A stretch of DNA of 42,804 bases from Solirubrobacteraceae bacterium (GTDB lineage: Bacteria > Actinomycetota > Thermoleophilia > Solirubrobacterales > Solirubrobacteraceae), in NCBI GenBank assembly GCA_036788555.1, contig DAIQND010000001.1, positions 1-42,804 on the forward strand. The letters are read 5' to 3'. Below, one piece after another: positions 18,091 to 26,908 of the stretch. The number at the start of each line of letters is the position of its first letter. The stretch's first letter is position 1. A program made the position numbers and the translations under genes. The notes under the pieces were generated by a model, which worked only from the letters and a program-made list of their open reading frames with translations, was not told the DNA's origin and searched no databases.

Positions 18091-18974
18091 TCCCTGGAGA
18101 AGTCCTCGGAGCGGCCGTAGCGGCCGGTCTGCGTCTTGGCGTACTGCATAAGGAGATCATTGAGCACGGACGAAGCCCCGATCCGCAGCCGTTCGGGAGT
18201 CAGCCACCCGTCCCCCAGCGTCTCCTTGACCAGCACCAGCCGGTGCAGCGCCGCCCTGCTGCTCGACACCCCGCCGGCGGCCTTGAAGCCGACGATCCGC
18301 CCGGTGCGCTCGGCGTAGTCGCGGATCGCCTCGAGCATCACCAGGCACACGCCGGGCGTGGCGCCGCTGGCCGCCTTGCCGGTTGACGTCTTGATGAAGT
18401 CCGCGCCGGCCTCCATCGCCAGCATCGAGGCGTGGCGGACGTGGTCGTAGGAGCCGAGCTCGGCCGTCTCGAGGATCACCTTCAGGCGCGCACCGCCGCA
18501 GCGCTCCCTGACGGCGACGATCTCCCCCATCACCCGCGTGTCGTCGCCGGCCAGGAACGCCTCGCGGGAGATCACCATGTCGATCTCGTCCGCCCCCGCC
18601 GCGACTGCGTCCTCGGTGTCGCGCAGCTTGGCCTCCGGCGACACCTGTCCCGCCGGGAACCCGGTGGCCACCGAGGCCACCCGGACGCCGGTGCCCTGCA
18701 AAGCCTCGCGCGCCACCGCGACCAGCGACGGGTACACGCACACGGCGGCTACCGAGGGGATCTCCGGCATCGCCGGCGCCGGGCACACCGCCTTGGCGCA
18801 CAGGTGCTTGACCTTGCCGGCGGTATCGGCGCCCTCGAGTGTCGTCAGGTCGAGCATCGAGACGGCCAGCCGGATCCCCCGCTGCTTGGCCGTCGTCTTG
18901 ATCGAGCGCTTGCCGAGCTGCGCCGCGCGCTCCTGCACCCCCACTCGGTCCACATGCGGCAGGCGCCGGATCAC
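18087..18974 (-). CDS. deoC: Deoxyribose-phosphate aldolase
   Basis: DLTTLEG.DT, AAVCVYP, VATGFP.G, GADEIDMV, LKVILET, FIKTSTGK, K.AGG. Confidence 0.96.
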   Translation of the reverse strand: MIRRLPHVDRVGVQERAAQLGKRSIKTTAKQRGIRLAVSMLDLTTLEGADTAGKVKHLCAKAVCPAPAMPEIPSVAAVCVYPSLVAVAREALQGTGVRVASVATGFPAGQVSPEAKLRDTEDAVAAGADEIDMVISREAFLAGDDTRVMGEIVAVRERCGGARLKVILETAELGSYDHVRHASMLAMEAGADFIKTSTGKAASGATPGVCLVMLEAIRDYAERTGRIVGFKAAGGVSSSRAALHRLVLVKETLGDGWLTPERLRIGASSVLNDLLMQYAKTQTGRYGRSEDFSRE

Positions 18975-18980
18975 GAGGCG

Positions 18981-18986
18981 AGGCTA
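18981..18986 (-). promoter_or_regulatory. -10 element TAGCCT of a probable leaderless deoC transcript
   Basis: TANNNT hexamer 6 nt upstream of the GTG start; no SD between them. Confidence 0.55.
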
Positions 18987-19019
18987 CTACGCGCCCGCGG
19001 CCGATTACCCTCAGCAGCG

Positions 19020-19649
19020 GTGAAACGCGTGCTCGTCTTCTGCGGCTCCAGCCCGGGCCGCCTCCCCGAGTACACCGAGCGCGGCCGCGAGCTCGGGGGG
19101 CTGATCGCGCAGCGCGGTCTCGAGACCGTCTACGGCGGCGCCAGCATCGGGGTGATGGCGGCGGTCGCCGACGGGGCGCTGGCCGCCGGGGGCAAGGTGA
19201 TCGGCGTGATTCCCCGGCGGCTGCTCGAGTCCGAGATCGCGCACGCCGGCCTCACCAAGCTGCACATCACCGAGACGATGCACGAGCGCAAGGCGCTGAT
19301 GAGCGAGCTGTCTGACGCGGTGGTCGCGCTCCCCGGCGGAACCGGGACGCTCGATGAGCTGTTCGAGCTCTTCACCTGGAGCCAGCTCGGGCTGCACGAC
19401 AAGCCGATCGGCCTGCTCGATGTCGCCGGGTACTGGCGGCCGCTGCTGGCGTTCCTTCACCACGCGGTTGACGAGCGCTTCCTGCGCGAGGAGCATCTGG
19501 AGACGCTGCTGTTGGAGGAAAGCCCCGCGTTGCTGCTCGACCGGCTGGCCAGCCACCAGCCCAGACGGCTTGACAAATGGCTTGACCGCGGCGATCAGAC
19601 GGTGCCGAACACCCGGTCACCGGCATCGCCCAAGCCCGGACGGATGTAA
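19020..19649 (+). CDS. LOG family (TIGR00730-type) nucleotide phosphoribohydrolase
   Basis: Start revised to GTG 19020; VFCGSS.G, VYGG, MHERK, PGGTGTLDE. Confidence 0.93.
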   Translation: MKRVLVFCGSSPGRLPEYTERGRELGGLIAQRGLETVYGGASIGVMAAVADGALAAGGKVIGVIPRRLLESEIAHAGLTKLHITETMHERKALMSELSDAVVALPGGTGTLDELFELFTWSQLGLHDKPIGLLDVAGYWRPLLAFLHHAVDERFLREEHLETLLLEESPALLLDRLASHQPRRLDKWLDRGDQTVPNTRSPASPKPGRM

Positions 19650-20224
19650 GCGTTCCCGTCGAGCTCGCGGTCGACTGCGGCGGTCCAGATCACGACCTCG
19701 GGGTGCTCGGCGCCGACGGCCTCGATCCCCTCGGGCGCGGCAACCAGGCACACGAGCTCGAGCTGACGGGCCCCCGCGCCCTTGAGGTGGTGCAGCGCGC
19801 GGACCGCGCTCCCGCCGGTGGCGAGCATCGGATCGAGCACGTACACGCGGCTTTCGGGAATCCCCGGAGGCAGCCGCTCGTAGTAGTGGATTGGCACGTG
19901 CTCCTCCTCGTCGCGATAGATGCCGACGTGGCCGACGCGGGCTTCGGGCAGCAGGCGCAGGAATCCCTCGACCATTCCCAGTCCCGCCCGCAGGACCGGG
20001 ACGACGGTCACCTCCTCACGCAGCCGCCGCCCCTGCGTGGTCTCAAGCGGCGTCTGAATCTCCACGTCTCTGAGCGGGAGCTCCCGCGCCACCTCGACCG
20101 CCATGATCGCGGCGGCCTCGAACAGCGCTTGGCGGAACGCGCCGTGCGACGTGCCCCGCTCACGCAGCACCGACAGACGATCGGCGAGCACCGAGTGCTC
20201 GACCAGGTTCAGCGTTTGCGCCAC
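19595..20224 (-). CDS. upp: Uracil phosphoribosyltransferase
   Basis: Start revised to GTG 20224; VPVLRAGLGM, DPMLATGGS, YI.PGLGDAGDR.FGT. Confidence 0.97.
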   Translation of the reverse strand: MAQTLNLVEHSVLADRLSVLRERGTSHGAFRQALFEAAAIMAVEVARELPLRDVEIQTPLETTQGRRLREEVTVVPVLRAGLGMVEGFLRLLPEARVGHVGIYRDEEEHVPIHYYERLPPGIPESRVYVLDPMLATGGSAVRALHHLKGAGARQLELVCLVAAPEGIEAVGAEHPEVVIWTAAVDRELDGNAYIRPGLGDAGDRVFGTV

Positions 20225-20328
20225 TGACGCGACTCTATAGCGCGGCGAGCAGCGCGGGCGCGGCGTGAGACGCTCGAGCACCGCGGCTGATCCTGCGCGG
20301 GGGCGCGAGTGGATAAGCTCGCCCGCCG

Positions 20329-21246
20329 ATGGCGCTTGTCAACGTCGAGCTCAAGGCGCGCGACCCTCGACCCGACGAGACCGCCGCCCGGTGCGTGGCG
20401 CTGGGGGCGCAGGACATGGGGATCCTCACCCAGCGGGACACCTACTTCGCGGTCCGGCGCGGACGCCTGAAGCTCCGCGAGGAGCACGAGCGCGGCGGCG
20501 ACCTGATCGCCTACGGGCGCGCGGACGAGTTCGAGCCGACCGAGAGCACGTACGTCCTGGCCCCTATCTCCGAGGCCGGGCCGATGGCCGAGGCGCTCGA
20601 CTACGCGCTCGGTCCGCCCGTCGTGGTGGTGTCCAAGCGGCGGCGGCTTTTCATGTGGGACGGCGTGCGGATCCATCTCGACGAGGTCGATGACCTGGGC
20701 ACGTTCCTCGAGTTCGAGGCGGTGGTCGAATCCGGCGCCGGCGAGACGGCGATCGCCGAGGCCCACGAGAAGCTGGCGCGGCTGCGCGCCGAGCTCGGGG
20801 TCCGGGACGAGGCGCTCGTCGAGGGGGGTTACTCGGACCTGCTGCTCGACGCCCCCCAGGTGCTGCTGCGCGCCGCCGACGCCGCGATGCGCAACGCCTA
20901 CGCGCCCTACTCGGGCTTCAAGGTCGGAGCCGCGCTGCGGGCCGCCGGCGGCGCGGTCTACGCCGCCGCCAACGTGGAGAACGTCGCCTACCCGCAGAGC
21001 CAATGCGCCGAGGCCTCGGCGATCGGGGCGCTGGTCGCGGCCGGCGAGTCGACGATCACCGCGGTCGCCGTCGTGGCCGAGCGTATGGAGCACTGCCCCC
21101 CGTGCGGCGGCTGCCGCCAGCGGCTGGCGGAATTCGGCAGTGCCGACACCCCGGTTCACCTGGGGCGCCCGGGCAGCGCACCGCAGACGCTCACGCTCGC
21201 GGAGCTGCTTCCGGAGTCGTTCGGGCCCGAGGCGCTCGCGGGGTGA
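20329..21246 (+). CDS. cdd: Fusion of an N-terminal CYTH domain (CyaB-like) and a C-terminal cytidine deaminase
   Basis: CYTH: NVELKAR, Q.DTYF, RLKLR, V.K.R, RIHLD.V..LG.FLE.E. Cdd: AYAPYS.F.VGAA, NVEN, CAE, PCGGCRQ. Confidence 0.9.
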   Translation: MALVNVELKARDPRPDETAARCVALGAQDMGILTQRDTYFAVRRGRLKLREEHERGGDLIAYGRADEFEPTESTYVLAPISEAGPMAEALDYALGPPVVVVSKRRRLFMWDGVRIHLDEVDDLGTFLEFEAVVESGAGETAIAEAHEKLARLRAELGVRDEALVEGGYSDLLLDAPQVLLRAADAAMRNAYAPYSGFKVGAALRAAGGAVYAAANVENVAYPQSQCAEASAIGALVAAGESTITAVAVVAERMEHCPPCGGCRQRLAEFGSADTPVHLGRPGSAPQTLTLAELLPESFGPEALAG

Positions 21247-22058
21247 GCGACGCCGCCTCGGTGCTGGCCGCCCGCGGCCTCGCGCCGCCACGGATCGGGG
21301 TGGTGCTCGGCTCGGGACTCGGTGCGGTGGCCGAGGCGGTCGAGGAGCCGGTGGTGGTCGCCTATGACGAGCTTCCCGGGTTTCCCCGGCCGAGCGTCGC
21401 CGGACACGCGGGGCGGGCGGTGCTGGGCTTTCTCTCAGGCGTACCGGTGGCGGTGCTCCAGGGCCGCGCGCACCTCTACGAGGGCGGGGACCCCGACGCG
21501 CTGCGGGCACCGGTGCGGGCGCTCCGCGCCGCCGGGGCCGAGATCCTGGTGCTGACGAACGCCGCCGGGTCGCTGCGCCCCGAGGTCGGAGCGGGCAGCC
21601 TGATGGCCATCACCGACCACATCAACCTGACCGGCGCCAACCTGCTGATCGGGCCAAACGAAGACGCGCTTGGCCCGCGGTTTCCCTCGCTGCGCGACGC
21701 CTACGACCCTGTCCTCCGGGCCGAGCTGCATGCAGCGGCGGCCGAGCTCGGGATCCCACTCACAGAGGGCGTCTACCTCGGCGTCAGCGGTCCCAGCTTC
21801 GAAACGCCGGCCGAGATCCGCGCCTACCGGGCGCTCGGCGCCGACGCCGTGGGCATGTCCACCGTGCAGGAGGCGATCCTCGCCCGCCACTGCGGCCTGC
21901 GGGTCGCGGCCGTGTCGGTGATCACCAACCTCGCCGAGGGCCTGAGCGAGGAGCCACTCACCCACGAGCAGACGCTGGGCGCCGCGCGCACCGCCGCCGC
22001 CGAGCTGGCGCGCCTGCTGCTCGCGTTCATCCCGCGCCTGACCGATGCTCGTCGCTGA
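21243..22058 (+). CDS. punA: Purine nucleoside phosphorylase (trimeric PNP I / XapA type)
   Basis: Start revised to GTG 21243 (GTGA overlap); GVVLGSGLG, GHAG, GR.HLYEG, TNAAG, GPSFETPAE, GMSTV.E, ITN. Confidence 0.94.
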   Translation: MSDAASVLAARGLAPPRIGVVLGSGLGAVAEAVEEPVVVAYDELPGFPRPSVAGHAGRAVLGFLSGVPVAVLQGRAHLYEGGDPDALRAPVRALRAAGAEILVLTNAAGSLRPEVGAGSLMAITDHINLTGANLLIGPNEDALGPRFPSLRDAYDPVLRAELHAAAAELGIPLTEGVYLGVSGPSFETPAEIRAYRALGADAVGMSTVQEAILARHCGLRVAAVSVITNLAEGLSEEPLTHEQTLGAARTAAAELARLLLAFIPRLTDARR

Positions 22059-23370
22059 GCTCATCCGCCGAAAGCGTGACGGCGGCGAGCTCTCGGCCGG
22101 GGAGATCACCGAGCTCGTGCGCGGCATCACCGATCAGAGCGTGACCGACGCCCAGGTGGGCGCGCTGGCGATGGCGATCTTCCTGCGCGGGATGAGCGCC
22201 GCCGAGCGGGTCGCGCTGACCGGCGCGATGACCCGTTCCGGCGACGTCCTTCACTGGAGCGCAGCCGGCCTCGACGGACCCGTCCTCGACAAGCATTCAA
22301 CCGGCGGCGTGGGCGACAAGGTGAGCCTGCTGCTGGCCCCGATCGTCGCCTCCTGCGGCGGCTTTGTCCCGATGATCTCCGGCCGCGGCCTCGGCCACAC
22401 CGGCGGAACGCTCGACAAGCTCGAGTCGATCCCCGGCTACGACGTCACCCCGGACACCGACCGCCTGCGGGAGGTGGTGCGCAGCGTCGGGTGCGCGATC
22501 ATCGGCCAGACCGCGCGCCTGGCCCCGGCCGACCGGCGGCTCTACGCGATCCGCGACGCCACCGGGACCGTCGACTCGATCCCGCTGATCGTCGGGTCGA
22601 TCCTGTCCAAGAAGCTCGCCGCCGGGCTCGACGCGCTGGTGATGGACGTGAAGGTCGGCTCGGGCGCCCAGTTTCGCGACGTGCAGGACGCCCGCGAGCT
22701 CGCCCAGGCGCTGATCGAGGTGGCGCACGGCAACGGGATGCCGACCCACGCGCTGCTGACCGACATGAACCAGGTGCTCGGCCGCAGCGCCGGCAATGCG
22801 GTCGAGGTGCGCGAAGCCATCGACCACCTGACCGGCACCGCCAGCGACCCGCGGCTGGGCGAGGTCACCCTCGCGCTGACGGCGGAGCTGCTCGTGATGG
22901 GAGAGCTTCACGACGACCTCGACAGCGCTCGAGCGGCCGCCGAAGGCGCGCTTGGCAGCGGTGCGGCAGCCGAGCGTTTCGAGGCGATGGTCAGGGCGCT
23001 CGGTGGCCCGGCCCGGCTGCTCAGCGATCCCGATCGTTTCCTGCCGGCCGCGGCCGTGACCCGGGCGGTGGAGCCCCAGGAGGCGGGGATCGTGACCGCG
23101 ATCGACGTCCGCGCCCTCGGGCTGGCGGTGATCGGCCTCGGCGGCGGCCGGGCCCGCGAGCACGACGCCGTCGACCACGCCGTCGGCCTGACCGAAGTCG
23201 CAGCGCTCGGCGAGCGCGTCGAGCCGGACGGCCGGCCCCTGGCGATCGTGCACGCGCGCGATGAGGACGGCTTCACCCGCGCCCGCGAGGAGGTCCGCCG
23301 CGCCTACACGCTGGGTGATGCCCCGCCCGGGGTGCCGGGGCCGGTGATCGAGTCTCAGCGGACGGTATAG
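22045..23370 (+). CDS. deoA: Thymidine/pyrimidine-nucleoside phosphorylase
   Basis: KRDG, DKHSTGGVGDK, SGRGLGHTGGTLDKLE, SILSKK, DVKVGSGA. Confidence 0.95.
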   Translation: MLVAELIRRKRDGGELSAGEITELVRGITDQSVTDAQVGALAMAIFLRGMSAAERVALTGAMTRSGDVLHWSAAGLDGPVLDKHSTGGVGDKVSLLLAPIVASCGGFVPMISGRGLGHTGGTLDKLESIPGYDVTPDTDRLREVVRSVGCAIIGQTARLAPADRRLYAIRDATGTVDSIPLIVGSILSKKLAAGLDALVMDVKVGSGAQFRDVQDARELAQALIEVAHGNGMPTHALLTDMNQVLGRSAGNAVEVREAIDHLTGTASDPRLGEVTLALTAELLVMGELHDDLDSARAAAEGALGSGAAAERFEAMVRALGGPARLLSDPDRFLPAAAVTRAVEPQEAGIVTAIDVRALGLAVIGLGGGRAREHDAVDHAVGLTEVAALGERVEPDGRPLAIVHARDEDGFTRAREEVRRAYTLGDAPPGVPGPVIESQRTV

Positions 23371-24344
23371 ACGCCGGTCGAGACCGCGTGATAGCCCTTG
23401 GCGCCGATCTCGCGGGCCAGCGGGCTGCGCGGGTCGGCGCCCTCGGCCAGGCGGTCGAGCGCGTGGCGGAAGTCGTAGCGCGGGGACCAGCCGAGCTCGC
23501 GGCGCGCCCGCGCGTTGACGTACACCCGCTCGATCGAGGGAAACATCCGCCAGGCACGCTGGCGGTAGAGCTCCTCGCAGTCGGCAAACAGCCGGCGCAC
23601 CACCGCCGGCAGGTCGTCGCGGACCGCCTGCATGTCGCCGGGCGCGAACGGGGTGGTGGCGCTGATGATGTAGCGGCCGAAGCCGAGCTCCGGCGCCCGC
23701 TCGAGCGCCAACCGGTGGGCGCTCACCACGTCCTCGATGTCGACCCGCCGGTAGAGGAGCTCGTTGACCTTGATGTTGAGGTCCTCGTAGGCGCCGCGCA
23801 CCTCGTCGCGGTCGTCGGGCTCGGGGAAGAAGCGCGAGGTGCGCAGGATCAGGCACGGCAGGCCGTGATCGCGCGCGATCAGCTCGCACACGTCCTCGGC
23901 GGCTGTCTTGGTCACGCCGTAGATGTTCCGCGGCCGGGGCGTGAGCTCCTCGGTGATCCAGGCCGCAGGGAGGCCCTCGGCGGGGGTGAGGGCGCGGCCG
24001 AACACGCTGGTCGTGCTGGTGAAGACGAACCGGCCGACCCGCGCCTTCACCGCCTCCTCAAGCAGCTTCAGCGTGGCAGTCACGTTGGTCTCGATGAACG
24101 CTTCGCGCCCGTGCGAGCCGACGTGGGGCTTGTGCAACGTCGCGCAGTGGATTACCGCCTCCACGCCGGCCAGGCAGCGCCGGACGCACGCGCGATCGGC
24201 GACGGATCCGACGACGCTGGTATACGGAGATTGCAGTACGTCCAGGCCGACGATCTCGTGGCCGTCTCCACCCAGGACCCGGGCGAGCGCCTCTCCAAGG
24301 TGTCCCGAGCTGCCGGTGAGAAGAATCCTCACAGCCGCAGGCAT
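23355..24344 (-). CDS. NAD-dependent epimerase/dehydratase (extended SDR) family protein
   Basis: TGSSGHLG, H.ATLHKPH, FTSTTS, YGVTK; start uncertain (ATG 24344 or GTG 24332). Confidence 0.85.
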   Translation of the reverse strand: MPAAVRILLTGSSGHLGEALARVLGGDGHEIVGLDVLQSPYTSVVGSVADRACVRRCLAGVEAVIHCATLHKPHVGSHGREAFIETNVTATLKLLEEAVKARVGRFVFTSTTSVFGRALTPAEGLPAAWITEELTPRPRNIYGVTKTAAEDVCELIARDHGLPCLILRTSRFFPEPDDRDEVRGAYEDLNIKVNELLYRRVDIEDVVSAHRLALERAPELGFGRYIISATTPFAPGDMQAVRDDLPAVVRRLFADCEELYRQRAWRMFPSIERVYVNARARRELGWSPRYDFRHALDRLAEGADPRSPLAREIGAKGYHAVSTGVYTVR

Positions 24345-24376
24345 AGCAGAGGGACGTGCTAAACCTCCCGCCCCCA

Positions 24377-25372
24377 ATGCAGGCCTCTGACGCCCCCTCC
24401 GCCGTGGCCACCCTCCCCAAGGCCGAGCTTCACGTCCACCTCGAGGGGACGGCGCCGCCCGAGCTCGTCGCCCGGATCGCCGCCCGCAACGGGCTTGCGC
24501 TGCCCGAGGAGCTGCTCGGCGGCGACGGGCGCTTCCGCTACACCGACTTTCTCGACTTCCTGCGCACCTATGACCTCGCCGCCAGCGTGATCCGCACCGC
24601 CGAGGACTACCGGGACATCACCTATGAGTACCTGTGCCGGTGCGCCCAGGGCGGCGCGATCTACGTCGAGCTCACCGCCTCACCCGACCACGCCGCGCTC
24701 GTCGGCCTGAGCGACGAGGAGCACCTGGACGGCATCGCCCGAGGCATCGATGACGCCCGGCGCGACACCGGGATCGAGGGCCGGATCCTGATCTCCGCGG
24801 TGCGCAACTTCGGCGTCGAGCAGGCGCTGCGGGTCGCCCGGCACGCCGCCGAGCAGCCCCATCCCTACGTGGTCGGCTTCTCGATGGCCGGCGACGAGGC
24901 CGGGTTTCCCGCCGCCGACTTCGCCGAGCCGTTTGCCATCGCCTCCGCTGCCGGGCTTGGCTGCACGATCCACGCGGGTGAGTGGCAGGGACCGGACAGC
25001 GTGCGGGCGGCGCTCGAGCTGCCTGTCACCCGGATCGCCCACGGCGTGCGGGCGGCGGAGGACCCGGACCTGGTCGGCGAGCTGGCCGACCGCGGCATCG
25101 TGCTCGAGTGCTGCCCGACCAGCAACGTCGTCCTCGGGGTCTACCCGAGCTATGAGGAGCACCCGCTCCCCCGGCTGCGCGATGCCGGCGTCAGGCTCAC
25201 GCTCGGCTCCGACGATCCGCCGTATTTCGGCGCCACGGTGGCCGGCGAGTACCAGGTGTGCGCCGAGCGGCTGGGGTTCAGCGAGGCCGGGCTGCGCGAG
25301 ATCACCCGCACCGCGATCGACGCCGCGTTCTGCGAGAAGCGGCTCAAGGCCGAGCTGCGCAGTCGGCTCTAG
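24377..25372 (+). CDS. add: Adenosine/adenine deaminase
   Basis: LPKAELHVHLEG, GDE, HAGE, RIAHGV, CPTSN, SDDP; start uncertain (24356, 24377 or later). Confidence 0.92.
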   Translation: MQASDAPSAVATLPKAELHVHLEGTAPPELVARIAARNGLALPEELLGGDGRFRYTDFLDFLRTYDLAASVIRTAEDYRDITYEYLCRCAQGGAIYVELTASPDHAALVGLSDEEHLDGIARGIDDARRDTGIEGRILISAVRNFGVEQALRVARHAAEQPHPYVVGFSMAGDEAGFPAADFAEPFAIASAAGLGCTIHAGEWQGPDSVRAALELPVTRIAHGVRAAEDPDLVGELADRGIVLECCPTSNVVLGVYPSYEEHPLPRLRDAGVRLTLGSDDPPYFGATVAGEYQVCAERLGFSEAGLREITRTAIDAAFCEKRLKAELRSRL

Positions 25373-25385
25373 ACTTCCGCCCGCC

Positions 25386-25919
25386 GTGACCACGGACGAC
25401 TCGATCGGACAGATCCTCATCGGCTCCGAGGACCTGAACCGCCGGGTCGCGGAGCTGGCGGTCGAGGTCTCGCGCGATTACGAGGGCAAGGACGTGCTGC
25501 TGCTCGGGATCCTCAAGGGCGCGGTGTTCTTCCTCTCCGATTTGATGCGCGAGCTCGAGATCCCGGCCGAGGTGGACTTCATGGCGATCTCCTCCTACGG
25601 CTCGGCGACCAAGTCCTCCGGCGTGGTGCGGATCCTCAAGGACCTCGACCGGCCGATCGAGGGGCGCCACGTGCTGATCGTCGAGGACATCATCGATTCG
25701 GGGCTCACCCTGCGCTACCTGCTGGGCAACCTGCGCGGGCGCAACCCCAAGTCGCTGGAGGTCTGCGCGCTCCTCTCAAAGCGCGAGGCGCGGGTCGTAG
25801 ACGTGCCGGTCAGATACGTCGGCTTCGAGATCCCCAACGAGTTCGTGATCGGCTACGGGCTCGACTACGACGAGCGCTACCGCAGCCTGCCCTATGTGGC
25901 CACGCTCGAGATGCCCTAG
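25386..25919 (+). CDS. hpt: Hypoxanthine phosphoribosyltransferase
   Basis: Start revised to GTG 25386; LKGA, SSYG, VLIVEDIIDSG.TL, FVIGYGLDY. Confidence 0.96.
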   Translation: MTTDDSIGQILIGSEDLNRRVAELAVEVSRDYEGKDVLLLGILKGAVFFLSDLMRELEIPAEVDFMAISSYGSATKSSGVVRILKDLDRPIEGRHVLIVEDIIDSGLTLRYLLGNLRGRNPKSLEVCALLSKREARVVDVPVRYVGFEIPNEFVIGYGLDYDERYRSLPYVATLEMP

Positions 25920-26758
25920 CCGGAGCTGACCAGGACCACGGCGATGACCGCGCCGGCCAGCCCCATTACCTGGGTCCGTGTCCAGCGCTCGCCCAGCAGC
26001 GCCCGGGCCAGCAGCACCGTCGCCGCCGGATAGAGCGCGCTCAGCACCGCGACGATCGCCAGCTCGCCGCGCCCGGTGGCGGCGAGGAACAGGAGGTTGG
26101 CCAGACCGCTGAGCACGCCGGTCACGACGGCCAGCAGCAGCGCGCTGGCGCCCGGTGCGGCCGACCGCCCTCTGAGGACGGTGAGGGCGAACGGAGCGAG
26201 CGCCAGCACCGAGACGGTCTGTCCGGCCACCAGCGGCCACGCGCCCGAGCGGGTGCCCGCCCGGTCAAGGGCGACGAACAGCAGCCCGAACCCCAGCCCC
26301 GCCACCACGCCGAAGAGCCCTCCGCCGGCGTCGCCTACGCCGCGCCGGCTTTCTGGCTGCCGCGAGACGAGCAGGATCGCCGGCACCGCGATCACGATCC
26401 CGGCGGCGGCTTCGGCGCTCAGGCGGTTGCCGAGCGCGACGCCGACGATCACGGGGATCATCGCCGTGAGAACGCCCGAAAGCGTCGCCACGACCGTCAT
26501 CCGGGCGACGGCGAGCCCGCGGTAGAGGGCGAGGGTGCCGAGCGCGCTGCCGACCCCGCTGAGGGCGCCCCAGGCCAGCGCCGGGCCGCGCGGCCCGACG
26601 CCGGGAAACAGCGCGATCGCCACCAGCGCCGCGGCCAAGCCCACTGTCTGAGCGACCCCGGTCACCAAGCGAGCCTCGATCCGGCGGCTGGCGAGTCCGG
26701 CGGTGAAGTCACCCGCGCCGTAGGAGAGCGCGGACAGCAGGGCGAGCACGACGGCCAT
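25916..26758 (-). CDS. EamA/DMT family transporter
   Basis: Start revised to ATG 26758; about 10 TM helices, YG.GDF.AG, LSALYPA.TVLLA...LGE. Confidence 0.88.
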   Translation of the reverse strand: MAVVLALLSALSYGAGDFTAGLASRRIEARLVTGVAQTVGLAAALVAIALFPGVGPRGPALAWGALSGVGSALGTLALYRGLAVARMTVVATLSGVLTAMIPVIVGVALGNRLSAEAAAGIVIAVPAILLVSRQPESRRGVGDAGGGLFGVVAGLGFGLLFVALDRAGTRSGAWPLVAGQTVSVLALAPFALTVLRGRSAAPGASALLLAVVTGVLSGLANLLFLAATGRGELAIVAVLSALYPAATVLLARALLGERWTRTQVMGLAGAVIAVVLVSSG

Positions 26759-26908
26759 CGGGGAAATGTGGCACGGGCTGTCCGCAGCTGAACCGGGTGG
26801 CGAGCGGCACGCGCCCGGGCTGAGGTCGTCCACTCGTGTGGCGTCGGGTCCCAGCCTGGAGCGATCCGCTGCCCGCGCGGTGCCGGAGTCTGCGCGAACA
26901 TACGGGGG

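Noticed and set aside
19020..19649. LOG gene as evidence of cytokinin production or lysine decarboxylase
   Set aside because: No isopentenyltransferase nearby; the context fits general NMP phosphoribohydrolase activity; the lysine decarboxylase label is a known misannotation of this family
20329..21246. CYTH-deaminase fusion as an anti-phage nucleotide-depletion or cyclic-nucleotide defence system
   Set aside because: It lies in a housekeeping cdd-punA-deoA operon with host-like codon usage and no defence or mobile genes nearby; the deaminase is the free-cytidine type
8113..25919. CTAG shared by convergent stop codons (8113-8116, 25916-25919) as IS target footprints
   Set aside because: C followed by TAG occurs at many stops in this window; no transposase or terminal inverted repeats were seen
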